Of a stretch of 64,000 bases of DNA, positions 21,494 through 30,645 are shown piece by piece. The translations under genes and the position numbers were made by a program. The notes under the pieces are model-generated. The model was given only the letters and a program-made list of their open reading frames with translations, was not told the origin of the DNA and ran no database searches. The number at the start of each line of letters is the position of its first letter. Position 1 is the first letter of the stretch. This stretch comes from an uncultured Chloroflexia bacterium (GTDB taxonomy: Bacteria; Chloroflexota; Limnocylindria; Limnocylindrales; CSP1-4): NCBI GenBank assembly GCA_963720755.1, contig CAVRGP010000015.1, positions 96,001 through 160,000 of the forward strand, given 5' to 3'.

Positions 21494-22060
21494 TCAGCGC
21501 GACGGAAGGGAGCCTACGGCAGGGACGGCCTCCTCGTAACCGCGATCGAAGGCTGCCTGATCGGCGCGAACCAGTTCGGGGCGATCGCCGATCACGATCC
21601 CGAGTGCCTCGTGGACCGACGCCTGGCGCACCACCGGTCGGCGGGCGATGAGCCCACCGAGAGCGACGATGCTGACGAGCCGGTCGTCGCCGATCTCCCG
21701 GGCCAGCGCGGAGCACCGCAGTGAGGCGATCTCGATGTCCGACCGACGGGGTTCCGCCTCGATGAGCGATGTGTTGACGACGAGGAGCCCGTCCGCGACC
21801 AGGATCGATTCGAACTTCGCGAGCGACGGTGGATTCAGGGCGATGACACTGTCAGCACTGTCGACGATCGGCGAGCCGATCGGGTGGTCGGCGATGATGA
21901 CGGTGCACGAGGCCGTGCCGCCGCGCATCTCGGGACCGTATGAGGGCATCCAGGAGACTTCCAGCCCGTCGATCAGGGCGGCCTGGGCGAGCACCTTGCC
22001 GGCAAACAGGAGACCCTGGCCGCCGAACCCGGACACGATCGCAGCGTGTTGCATCGTCAT
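21494..22060 (-). CDS. 2-oxoacid:ferredoxin oxidoreductase gamma subunit
   Basis: SGFGGQG, SYGPEMRGGTA, IGSP. Confidence 0.92.
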   Translation of the reverse strand: MTMQHAAIVSGFGGQGLLFAGKVLAQAALIDGLEVSWMPSYGPEMRGGTASCTVIIADHPIGSPIVDSADSVIALNPPSLAKFESILVADGLLVVNTSLIEAEPRRSDIEIASLRCSALAREIGDDRLVSIVALGGLIARRPVVRQASVHEALGIVIGDRPELVRADQAAFDRGYEEAVPAVGSLPSR

Positions 22061-22863
22061 GCCTCCGCGTCGCGCTCGGCGCGCGACTTCGGGCGATCGA
22101 CGAGAACACCGAGCGGATACGTCTCGACGACATCGTTGGCCACGTGCTCCATCGCCTCGGTCGGGGTCATGTTCCAGCCGACCGGGCAGGTCGACAGGAC
22201 TTCCACGATCGAGAAGGCGCCGCCGGCAAGCTGGATCTCGAACGCCCGCCGGAGCATCGTCTTGGTCCTGCCGATCCATTGTGGGTCCGCGATCGACCCA
22301 CGAGCTGCGTACGCCACCCCCGGGAGCAGTGCCAGCATCTCCGTGATCGGGATCGGGTAGCCGGCCGAACCGGCGTCGCGCCCGGTCGGGCTCGACGTGG
22401 TCCGTTGGCCGAGCAGCGTCGTCGGAGCCATCTGGCCGCCGGTCATGCCGTAGATGCCGTTGTTGACGAAGATGACGCTGATCCGCTCCCCGCGAGCCGC
22501 CGCGTGGATGATCTCGGCAGTCCCGATGGCCGCCAGGTCGCCATCGCCCTGATAGGTGAAGACGAACGCGTCCGGCCGGACCCGCCGGACCCCGGTCGCC
22601 ACGGCCGGGGCGCGACCGTGCGGCGACTCCACGAAGTCGATGGCGAGGTAGTCGTAGGCAAACACGCTGCAACCGACCGAGGCGACCCCGATCGTCGTCG
22701 GCCCGAGGTCCATCTCGTCGAGCAGCTCCGCGACGAGCCGATGGATGATCCCGTGCCCACAGCCCGGGCAATAGTGGGTGGATGTGTCGGTCAGGAGGTC
22801 GGGGTGCCGGTACACGCTGCGGAGAGGGGCGGCGGTCGCTGGCTGCGGTCCGGCTGGCATCAT
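22057..22863 (-). CDS. 2-oxoacid:ferredoxin oxidoreductase beta (TPP-binding) subunit
   Basis: YCPGCGHG, HGRAPA, QGDGD..NNGIYGMTGGQ, STCP. Confidence 0.93.
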   Translation of the reverse strand: MMPAGPQPATAAPLRSVYRHPDLLTDTSTHYCPGCGHGIIHRLVAELLDEMDLGPTTIGVASVGCSVFAYDYLAIDFVESPHGRAPAVATGVRRVRPDAFVFTYQGDGDLAAIGTAEIIHAAARGERISVIFVNNGIYGMTGGQMAPTTLLGQRTTSSPTGRDAGSAGYPIPITEMLALLPGVAYAARGSIADPQWIGRTKTMLRRAFEIQLAGGAFSIVEVLSTCPVGWNMTPTEAMEHVANDVVETYPLGVLVDRPKSRAERDAEA

Positions 22864-23981
22864 GCGCGCTCCTTCCCGTCAGACAGCGACCATGCGCGGC
22901 GCACCGCCTCGACGACCGCCGCGGGCGTCGGGACCATGCCGCCTGTCCGGCCGTGGAAGAAGACCGGGGTCCGACCCTCGACCGCCAGACGGACGTCCTC
23001 GATCATCTGTCCGGCCGACAACTCGACGACGACCAGGGCGCGCAGGTTCGGGGCGATCGACGCCAGTGCCTCCGACGGGAACGGCCACAGGCTGATCGGC
23101 CGGAAGATCCCGACGCGCAGCCCGTCGCTCCTGGCACGCTCGATCGCGGTCCGCGCGACGCGAGCGGCGATGCCGTACGCCACGATGACGACCTCGGCAT
23201 CGTCCAGATGCTCGCCGGCCCATCGCACCTCGCGCTCGGCGATGGTGGCGAACTTCGCCTGCAGTCGCGTGTTGTGGGCCTCGAGATCCTCGGAACGGAG
23301 GTTCAGGGAGCGGACGACCCTGGGCGGCCGGTCGGCGGCTCCGGTGAGTTCCCATCCACCAGTCTGACGAGCGGGCATCCGGTACTTCGGTTCGATCGCC
23401 TCCATCGCCTGGCCCATCACCCCATCGGCGAGGATCATGACCGGGGTCCGGTAGCGTTCGGCCATCTCGAATGCGTCGGCGGTCAACTCGACGGCCTCCG
23501 CGATCGACGATGGGGCGAGGACCGGGACGCGGTAGTCACCGTGGCCATGCCCCTTGGTCGCCTGGAAGTAATCCGACTGCGATGGCCCGATGCTGCCGAG
23601 CCCGGGCCCACCGCGCATCACATTGATGAGGACCATCGGGAGTTCCGATCCGGCGAGATAGCTCATCCCCTCCGCCATCAAGCTGATGCCTGGGCTGGAC
23701 GAGGACACGAGAACGCGGGCTCCGGTGGACGCAGCTCCAAGGGCCATATTGATCGCGCCGAGCTCACTCTCCGCCTGGACGAACACGCGACCCAGTTCCG
23801 GCATGCGGCGGGCCATCCATTCCAGAAGCTCCGCTTGCGGGGTGATCGGGTAGCCGAAGTACGCATCGCAGCCGGCCTGGATCGCGGCCTCGGCCATCGC
23901 CTCGTTGCCCTTCATCAGGATTCGGCGCGCTCGCCCGGTTGCGACCTCCGACGGAGCGATCGCGTCGATCACCGCGGCCAT
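22860..23981 (-). CDS. 2-oxoacid:ferredoxin oxidoreductase alpha subunit (2-ketoisovalerate VOR-type)
   Basis: MKGNEA, GYPITPQ, QAESE, SSSPG, RGGPGLG, GHGDY. Confidence 0.93.
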   Translation of the reverse strand: MAAVIDAIAPSEVATGRARRILMKGNEAMAEAAIQAGCDAYFGYPITPQAELLEWMARRMPELGRVFVQAESELGAINMALGAASTGARVLVSSSSPGISLMAEGMSYLAGSELPMVLINVMRGGPGLGSIGPSQSDYFQATKGHGHGDYRVPVLAPSSIAEAVELTADAFEMAERYRTPVMILADGVMGQAMEAIEPKYRMPARQTGGWELTGAADRPPRVVRSLNLRSEDLEAHNTRLQAKFATIAEREVRWAGEHLDDAEVVIVAYGIAARVARTAIERARSDGLRVGIFRPISLWPFPSEALASIAPNLRALVVVELSAGQMIEDVRLAVEGRTPVFFHGRTGGMVPTPAAVVEAVRRAWSLSDGKERA

Positions 23982-23982
23982 G

Positions 23983-24255
23983 TCAGCTCCTCCTCGGTCG
24001 CGCATAGACGGCGAAGACCGCGTCCGGGCAGATCCGGGCGCACAGCGCGCAACTCGTGCAGGCGTCCGCGTCCGTCAGCTCGACGGGGTGGTAGCCGATC
24101 TGGTTGACGCGGGTCTCGTCGAGAACCAGGACATGTTTGGGGCAGATGGAAACGCACAGCCCGCACCCTTTGCACGAGTCGCTCGAGATGACCAACGGCT
24201 CGAACATATCGTGCGCGCGCGTCCCTGACCGGTCCGGCTTGACGGCGATCGCCAT
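23983..24255 (-). CDS. 2[4Fe-4S] ferredoxin (delta subunit)
   Basis: GGAGG SD; [12 protein letters not shown] and [12 protein letters not shown]. Confidence 0.93.
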   Translation of the reverse strand: MAIAVKPDRSGTRAHDMFEPLVISSDSCKGCGLCVSICPKHVLVLDETRVNQIGYHPVELTDADACTSCALCARICPDAVFAVYARPRRS

Positions 24256-24301
24256 CAGCACCTCCGATCGAACCGTAGGTGTCGCGGTGACGCTGGGACG
24301 A

Positions 24302-24338
24302 GTGCCGAATGGCGCCTCGACCCAGTGCCATTCGGCCG
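24302..24338. promoter_or_regulatory. Paired DosR-like boxes in the divergent VOR / oxidoreductase promoter
   Basis: GTGCC-GAAT-GGCGC 24302 and GTGCC-ATTC-GGCCG 24325. Confidence 0.5.
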
Positions 24339-24371
24339 GACGAGGTCACAGACGTGCGGTACGGTCGGTCC

Positions 24372-25568
24372 ATGCATCGCCGTCTTCCGAAGACCGAGCA
24401 CCTCCCGGCGACCGCCGACGTCGTCGTCATCGGCGGCGGGATCGCCGGCGCGAGCGATGCGTTCTTCCTGCGTCGGGCTGGGTTCTCCGTCGTCGTCATC
24501 GAGCGTGGCAGTCAACTCGCAGGGCTGACGACGAGCCAGTCGGTCGCCTGCTTCCGCGCCCAGTGGGACGACCCCGACCACGCGGCGCTCGTCCTCCCGA
24601 GCATCGACTTCTACGGTGCGTTTGCGGACAGGGTCGGGCTGGCTGGCTGGGATATCGGGATCCGTCACCAGGGCTGGCTGTTCATCACCGGGGCCGACGA
24701 CGGGCCGGACGTCGTTGGGGACTTCGTGGCGGGTCATCGCCGGCTCGGGGTGGACAATTCGGAGTCGCTGAGTGGCGATGCGGCACGACAGCGGTTCCCA
24801 TGGCTGGGGCCGGCCGTTCGAGCGGCGTCCTACCGTGCGCTCGATGGATGGGTATCGCCGTATGAGGTCACGTACGGGTTCGCGCGGGCGAGTGCGGCAA
24901 CGTTCAGCCTGGGGACGACCGTGACCCGGATCCTCACCGACGGCGAGGCGGTCCGCGGCGTGGAGACGACGCGCGGGACGATCAGCACAGATCGCGTGGT
25001 CCTCGCCGCCGGTCCGTTCGTGGGTCGTCTGGCCGAGACCGTCGACGTCTTGCTTCCGGTGTCGGCGGTGCGCCGGCATCGAGCGATGGTGACGCCGCGA
25101 GCCGAGATCCCCGGCGATGGACCGATGACGGTCGACATGGACAGCCACGTGTACTGGCGCCCGGAAGGCGGCGGCGCGTTTCTCGGTCATGGACTGCCGG
25201 AGGATCCGAGCGAGCCGATCCTCGATGTCCCGGTCGACTGGACGTTCCCGGCCGTCGCCATCGACGCCGCCGGTCGCCTCGTCCCGTTCTGGCGAGATGT
25301 GGCTGATCAGTTGACCGGCGCAGAGGTCTCGGTCGGTGCCGGCCAGTACACCGTGACCTCGGACGGGCTTCCGATCATCGGCACGATCCCAGACGTCGAT
25401 GGCTTGTTCATCCACGGTGCGGACAATGGCTGGGGCGTCGAGTCCGCCCCAGAGGCCGGACGGCGCCTGGCCGAGGTCGTGGTCGCCGGCCGGGGCCGGC
25501 CCGATGATCCATTCCGCCTCGATCGGCCGGGGATCGACCAGCCAGCCGGGAGGACGATCACCTACTGA
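24372..25568 (+). CDS. FAD-dependent oxidoreductase (DAO/sarcosine oxidase beta family)
   Basis: DVVVIGGGIAG, VVLAAG, TSDGLPIIG, GWGVESAP. Confidence 0.87.
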   Translation: MHRRLPKTEHLPATADVVVIGGGIAGASDAFFLRRAGFSVVVIERGSQLAGLTTSQSVACFRAQWDDPDHAALVLPSIDFYGAFADRVGLAGWDIGIRHQGWLFITGADDGPDVVGDFVAGHRRLGVDNSESLSGDAARQRFPWLGPAVRAASYRALDGWVSPYEVTYGFARASAATFSLGTTVTRILTDGEAVRGVETTRGTISTDRVVLAAGPFVGRLAETVDVLLPVSAVRRHRAMVTPRAEIPGDGPMTVDMDSHVYWRPEGGGAFLGHGLPEDPSEPILDVPVDWTFPAVAIDAAGRLVPFWRDVADQLTGAEVSVGAGQYTVTSDGLPIIGTIPDVDGLFIHGADNGWGVESAPEAGRRLAEVVVAGRGRPDDPFRLDRPGIDQPAGRTITY

Positions 25569-26425
25569 CCCTGGCGCGCCTGCCCGTCGTTCCCGAGCGA
25601 CGCCCGCAGAGACGCGATCTCGGCCGTCTGGTTGGCCATCGCCGCCCGCAGGGCTGCCAATTCCTGCGCGATCGGATCGGCCGGTGTCTCGGTCCCCTCG
25701 GCGCTGGGCGTGCTCGGTTCGGTATCGGCGGCCGAGCCGTCGGGCGACGATGGCGAGACCAGCAGGCTGGCCAGGATGCTGGCGAGTGCGCCGATGATCC
25801 CGATGCCGGCGAACATCACGAAGACGCCCGTGACGCGTCCGAAGAAGGTCACCGGGTAGAAGTCGCCATAGCCGACGGTGGTGATCGTAACGATGCCCCA
25901 CCAGATGGCATCGCCGCCGGTCGTGATGTTCGCGTTCGGATCCGTCGATGTGCTCTCGACCTGGAGGACCAGCATGCTGGCTGTGCTGAGCACGATGCCG
26001 GCCAGCAGGATCGTGATGAAGGTCGCGTACTGTCCGCGGTTCGCGAGCACGTCGATGACGAGGTCCTTGCCAGCCTGTCCGCGCAGGAGGCGGGTGATCC
26101 GGGCAAGCCGGCTGAGGCGGGCCAGTCGGAGCAGTGCTCCGATCTGGAAGACGCCGATGCTCGGGATCGACCCGAGCAGATCGAGCCAGCCTCGCTGGCC
26201 GATGAAGTACGCCCGTTTCGGCTTCGAGCCCGAGATGTTGAACGTGAAGTCGATCAGGAAGATGACACACACGACGTTGTCGTAGAGGTAGAGCAGGTCG
26301 TGCTCGGCCGGGCTGACCGGCAAGAGAAGCAGGACCATGATCGCGAGCGAGAAGATGGTCAGGACCAGGATGAAGATGTTGTAAGCGTTGCCGTGCTCGC
26401 GCATCCGCGGCGCCTGGGCAGTCAC
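25562..26425 (-). CDS. Voltage-gated-type potassium channel
   Basis: TTVGYGD filter, Arg-rich S4 (LRLARLSRLAR), C-terminal coiled coil. Confidence 0.92.
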   Translation of the reverse strand: MTAQAPRMREHGNAYNIFILVLTIFSLAIMVLLLLPVSPAEHDLLYLYDNVVCVIFLIDFTFNISGSKPKRAYFIGQRGWLDLLGSIPSIGVFQIGALLRLARLSRLARITRLLRGQAGKDLVIDVLANRGQYATFITILLAGIVLSTASMLVLQVESTSTDPNANITTGGDAIWWGIVTITTVGYGDFYPVTFFGRVTGVFVMFAGIGIIGALASILASLLVSPSSPDGSAADTEPSTPSAEGTETPADPIAQELAALRAAMANQTAEIASLRASLGNDGQARQGQ

Positions 26426-26533
26426 GCTTGCTGAACCTCCTCGTACCCGAGCTCCGATCAGGAGCTTGACGCCATCCTACCGGCCGACGATGGTCGACGT
26501 GTCGCGGCCGATGTCAACCGAGCGACCTGACGA

Positions 26534-26941
26534 TCACCCTGCGGCCAGTGTCGCGAGGGACGAGGCGCGCAGACGGTCCTGGATCGCGGCCCTCGCCTCG
26601 GCGACGACGGCGTGTGCGGCACACTCGCCGCCGGCCAGGCAGGCGGCGTTGCGCAGGATGCACCCGCGATCCGGGTCGACGCCTTCGACGGCGGTCACGA
26701 TGTCGAGCACGGAGATCTCGTCGGCCGGGCGCGCCAGCCGATAGCCGCCGCTTCGTCCCGTGGACCCGACGACGAGGGAAGCGCGGACCAGGTCGGTCAT
26801 GACCTGTGGCAGGAAGGCGGGTGGGATCGCGTGCTCGGCGGCGATCGTACGGGCGCTCAACTGCTCGCCAGCGGGAGTCCGGGCCAAGGCGACCATGGCC
26901 CGGATCCCGTAACTCCCGCGACGCGTGAGGTGGAGGCGCAC
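26534..26941 (-). CDS. Rrf2 family transcriptional regulator with three Cys (Fe-S type)
   Basis: YGIRAM, GRSGGYRLARPA..ISVLDIV..VEG, C-x5-C-x5-C-x2-H. Confidence 0.9.
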   Translation of the reverse strand: MRLHLTRRGSYGIRAMVALARTPAGEQLSARTIAAEHAIPPAFLPQVMTDLVRASLVVGSTGRSGGYRLARPADEISVLDIVTAVEGVDPDRGCILRNAACLAGGECAAHAVVAEARAAIQDRLRASSLATLAAG

Positions 26942-26943
26942 CG

Positions 26944-28329
26944 TCAGTTGTTCGGGTCGCCGTCGCCGGCCTTGAACAGCCCGATGGCGCCGCGTCCGAC
27001 GAAGTTGAAGGCATGGGTGACGAATGGGTAGAGACCGTCCTGCCTCGGGCTGAATTCGATGATGGCCGCCTGCGCGGGCGACAGATCGACGGCCTGGCTG
27101 CCCCATCCGCCGGCGTTGCCCGGGATCAACCGGATGCCTTCCTTCGTGACGGTGTCGAAGATGGTCCCGACGACATGGAACGAGCTGTCGATGTTCGGGC
27201 CGGCATCGAGGACGAAGACGCGAACGCGACCATTGGTCGGCACCTCGATCGGGTTGTCCTTGTACTGGGCCGCGACGCCGTTGAAAACGACGAAGTCTGG
27301 CGCGGGGGCCGCTGCATTTGCCTTCGTGTAGTCGGCCGGCTGGCCCTGGGCACCCAGGTACCACTCGCTCTGGACCAGCGCGACCTCCTTGTCGACCTTG
27401 GAGTAGCCACCCTTCGGCTCGACGATGACCATGCCGAACATGCCATTGGCGATGTGATGGAGGGTGGGGGCGGTTCCACAGTGGTACATCCAGACACCAG
27501 CGTAGTCGGCCTGGAAGGTGTACGTGAAGGTCTCGCCCGGCTTGATGTCGGCCATCTGGCCGTTCCACGCCGTCTGACTGGCGTGGAAGTCGATCGAGTG
27601 GTTCATCTGGGTGTTGTTGGTCAAGTGAACGTGGACCGTGTCACCGAGGTGGACGCGGATCGTGGGGCCCGGCACGGTGCCACCGAACGTCCAGGTGTGA
27701 ACGACGAAGCCTTCGGCGACGGTGATGTCGCGATCGATGATCGGGAAGTAGACGTCGTGTTCCTTTCCCTCCATGACCGGTGGGGCCGTCGCATCGACGA
27801 GGGAGTATGCCGGCGCGTTGGGATCTGCGACTGGTGCGGCTGTGGTGCCCGCGGCGTCCCCTGGGCCGGCCGCTGGCGACGCTACGGCGGTCGACCCCGC
27901 GACCGTCACGGAACCGGTCATACCGGCCGCCGCGTGGCCCGGGATAGAACACAGAAACGTGAGTCCGTCAGCCGGGACATCGACCTCGCCGGTCACGGTC
28001 TTGCCCGCCTCGGCCGTCAGCTTCGTCCCGTCGGAGAACGTGACGTCGTGCGTCGTCGCTCCGTCGTTGACGAAGGTGACCGTGGCGGGTCCGGGCGCGG
28101 TCACCGTGAGGGCAGCCGGCTTGAAGCCGAGGTCGAAGGCATGGATCTCCAGTGCTCCAGTCGTCTGCGCGTCGGGCGACCCGGCCGGAACCGAGTCGGC
28201 GACGATCGCTGCCTGGGCGCCCGTCGCCAGCGTCGGCCCGAGCTTCCAGGACGACTGAGCCGAGGCCGTGCACCCGGTCAGGGCGACGATGAACAGGGCG
28301 ATGAAGGCGATGGTCGGGACGCGTCGCAT
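26944..28329 (-). CDS. nirK: Copper nitrite reductase-type two-domain multicopper protein, lipoprotein with extra N-terminal cupredoxin
   Basis: Lipobox LTGC; HDV..CSIPGHAAAGM; HSIDFHA, YHCGT..HIANGM, SSFHVVG, YPFVTH. Confidence 0.82.
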   Translation of the reverse strand: MRRVPTIAFIALFIVALTGCTASAQSSWKLGPTLATGAQAAIVADSVPAGSPDAQTTGALEIHAFDLGFKPAALTVTAPGPATVTFVNDGATTHDVTFSDGTKLTAEAGKTVTGEVDVPADGLTFLCSIPGHAAAGMTGSVTVAGSTAVASPAAGPGDAAGTTAAPVADPNAPAYSLVDATAPPVMEGKEHDVYFPIIDRDITVAEGFVVHTWTFGGTVPGPTIRVHLGDTVHVHLTNNTQMNHSIDFHASQTAWNGQMADIKPGETFTYTFQADYAGVWMYHCGTAPTLHHIANGMFGMVIVEPKGGYSKVDKEVALVQSEWYLGAQGQPADYTKANAAAPAPDFVVFNGVAAQYKDNPIEVPTNGRVRVFVLDAGPNIDSSFHVVGTIFDTVTKEGIRLIPGNAGGWGSQAVDLSPAQAAIIEFSPRQDGLYPFVTHAFNFVGRGAIGLFKAGDGDPNN

Positions 28330-28345
28330 GCCTGGATCCTCCGAT

Positions 28346-28416
28346 GACAGAAACACTTAGTCTTTACATACTAGTTTCCGTGTCGACCTGGCCGATCGCG
28401 ACGTGCCGATGGTCAT
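28346..28416 (-). promoter_or_regulatory. nirK promoter: AT-rich imperfect palindrome plus DosR-like box
   Basis: GACAGAAAC..TAGT-N8-ACTA..GTTTCCGTGTC 28346-28384; ATGAC-CATC-GGCAC (minus) 28403-28416. Confidence 0.5.
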
Positions 28417-28464
28417 GAAATCGGTGGGCTGCCCGGCCCTCGGCATGCTCCGCGACGTGCCGGG

Positions 28465-30633
28465 TCAGTCCTCCAGGATCGCCGCGATGGCGGTCCCGAG
28501 CGCCGGCGCGAGCGACCGTGAGAATGTCGCCGTGAGGTGGCCCTCGTCGCGGTAGACGATCAAGCCGTTGACCACGACCGAGCACGGGTCACCCACGCAG
28601 ATGCGCGAAGTCAGGTCGATGCTTCTGGCACCGCTTGCCGCGACGGCGACGGTCTCGACCGCGCCGAGCCCGCCAGCGAACGCGGTGTCGTGCGCGATGG
28701 CGCACGCGTCGATGTCGCCTTGGTGCGCCGACAGGCACGCCGGGATGTCGCGCCCGGCGTTCGGAGTATCGACGATGACCGCGATCTGGCCGGGGATGCG
28801 TGCGACCATCCGGCCGACCGCCGCACCCTTGGCGGCCACCGTGTCGTCGCTCGCGCGCAGAGGATGCGTCGCCAGCCGGCTCATCGAGATCAGGGTCAGG
28901 TCGGGCTTGAGCGTCGTCAGTCGGGCGACCGTCGCCTCCTGGAAGTCGGCGCACTCGCGGTACTCGCGCTTGAGCGCGAGGTTTCGGACCGGCATGTCGA
29001 TGAACGGGCACGAGACCTTGACGAACGTGACGAGGCGCCAGCCCTCGTGGAGCGCAAGGCGCTCGAGGGCGGGAAACCACTGTGCGGCGTGCGAATCGCC
29101 GACGAGCGCCACGGTGAAGGTCGCGTCTGCGACGCCGTAGACACAGTCGGGCGGGTTCGTGACACGCTCGAATGCCAGGCACCCGTCGCGACGCAGACGC
29201 TCCTCGTCGGAGCGGGCATCGACGAGCGCAGGCTTGACCCCGGCGGGAAGCGCTCCCGAGTTCGCGATATCGGTCGCCGGTGCGAGCGTGGGGGATGGGC
29301 TCGGCAATGGGGAGCCCGCTGGGGAGCCCACCGGGATGACCACCTCGGCCCGTCCGCCGGCAGGTTTCGAACGGGACGCGGGGACGGGCGTCGCGTCGAT
29401 CCACGGTTCGTCTGTCATGTCGGCGCCGGCGAATTGCGCCGGGTCTGCGGCTGCGACCGTCTGGACCGGCGCCAAGCCGAGTGAGGGTCCCGAGGCGAGG
29501 ATCACGAAGACGAGGACCGAGGCCAGCCCGAACGACGCGCTGCGCCGGGGACGCAGTGCGAAGTTCGGTAGCCCCCGCCGGAGCGGATTCTCAACGAGCG
29601 CCCAGATGGCGAACGCCACCGCGATCGACAGCCCGACGAGGCCGGCGCGGGCCATGTCGTTCGGGTCGCCGATCACGAACGGGGCGAGCACGAAGATCGG
29701 CCAGTGGACGAGATACAGCGAGTAGCTGATCCGACCGAGGAACCGCAGCGGTCCGACCGATAGCAGGCGGCCCGGCCCGAGTGCGCGTGAGCCTCCCGCG
29801 ATGAGCGCGCCTGCGCCGATGGTCGGAACAAGGGCGGCGGCGCCCGGGTACGCGAGGCTCGAGTCGAAGACCAGGATCGCGACCACGATCGCGGCCAGGC
29901 CGAGCCAACCGGACAGCCCGACGAGGCGGTCGGGGACCCGGGCCAGGGCGCCGGCACCGACTGCGAGCAGCCCGCCCAGTCCAAGCTGCCAGGCACGGGT
30001 CGGTAGCGAGTAGAACGCCCAGTTGGCCGCGGCGTCGGTGAGGACCAGGTTGGCCGCGAACGAGGCCGCGACGAGGGCGACGAGGGCGATCAGGACCCGC
30101 CGCCGGGCGTGGGCCCCTCGCGCGACCAGCAGGATGAGGGCCGGCCAGACGAGATAGAACTGTTCCTCCACCGCGAGGCTCCAGAAGTGCAGGAACGGCG
30201 ATGGTGCGGCAACGCTGGTGAAGTAGTCCCCGGCTGCCAGGGCGAACCGGACGTTGCCGATCGATAGGGCTGCGGCCGCGCCGTCGAGCCCGACCGCCGG
30301 CCGGTCCAGCGGCGCCACGAGGTTGAGCGAGATGACGAGCGTCGCGACCAGCACGAAGATCGCCGCAGGCAGCAGACGTCGCGCACGCCGAGCGTAGAAC
30401 CCGACGAGACCGATCCGGCCGGTCCGTTCGTGCTCGCGCAGGAGGAGCCCGGTGATCAGGAAGCCACTGATCACGAAGAACACGTCGACCCCGACAAAGC
30501 CCCCGACCATGCCGGCCAGGCCGGCGTGGAATAGGACGACTGCGAGGACCGCGAGGCCGCGGATACCCTCGATGTCCGACCGGAAACCACCGCGGGAAGC
30601 GGAACCGCCGTCGACGGTCGCCGGTGTGGGCAT
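28465..30633 (-). CDS. Acyltransferase-3 + SGNH O-acetyltransferase (OafA/OatA-like)
   Basis: FRSDIEGIRG, GVDVFFVISGFLIT, HFWSLAVEEQFY, SYSLYLVHWP, GDSHA, RDEGH. Confidence 0.93.
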   Translation of the reverse strand: MPTPATVDGGSASRGGFRSDIEGIRGLAVLAVVLFHAGLAGMVGGFVGVDVFFVISGFLITGLLLREHERTGRIGLVGFYARRARRLLPAAIFVLVATLVISLNLVAPLDRPAVGLDGAAAALSIGNVRFALAAGDYFTSVAAPSPFLHFWSLAVEEQFYLVWPALILLVARGAHARRRVLIALVALVAASFAANLVLTDAAANWAFYSLPTRAWQLGLGGLLAVGAGALARVPDRLVGLSGWLGLAAIVVAILVFDSSLAYPGAAALVPTIGAGALIAGGSRALGPGRLLSVGPLRFLGRISYSLYLVHWPIFVLAPFVIGDPNDMARAGLVGLSIAVAFAIWALVENPLRRGLPNFALRPRRSASFGLASVLVFVILASGPSLGLAPVQTVAAADPAQFAGADMTDEPWIDATPVPASRSKPAGGRAEVVIPVGSPAGSPLPSPSPTLAPATDIANSGALPAGVKPALVDARSDEERLRRDGCLAFERVTNPPDCVYGVADATFTVALVGDSHAAQWFPALERLALHEGWRLVTFVKVSCPFIDMPVRNLALKREYRECADFQEATVARLTTLKPDLTLISMSRLATHPLRASDDTVAAKGAAVGRMVARIPGQIAVIVDTPNAGRDIPACLSAHQGDIDACAIAHDTAFAGGLGAVETVAVAASGARSIDLTSRICVGDPCSVVVNGLIVYRDEGHLTATFSRSLAPALGTAIAAILED

Positions 30634-30645
30634 GCGACGGGCCGG

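Noticed and set aside
24255-26270. Long antisense or alternative-frame ORFs (also 33893-35617, 52561-54846, 61222-63204)
   Set aside because: Typical shadow ORFs in high-GC DNA, overlapping well-supported genes, Arg/Pro-rich and motif-free
28355-28361. ACTTAGT shared between the nirK promoter and the TetR operator
   Set aside because: Only a 7-bp half-site with no correctly spaced partner
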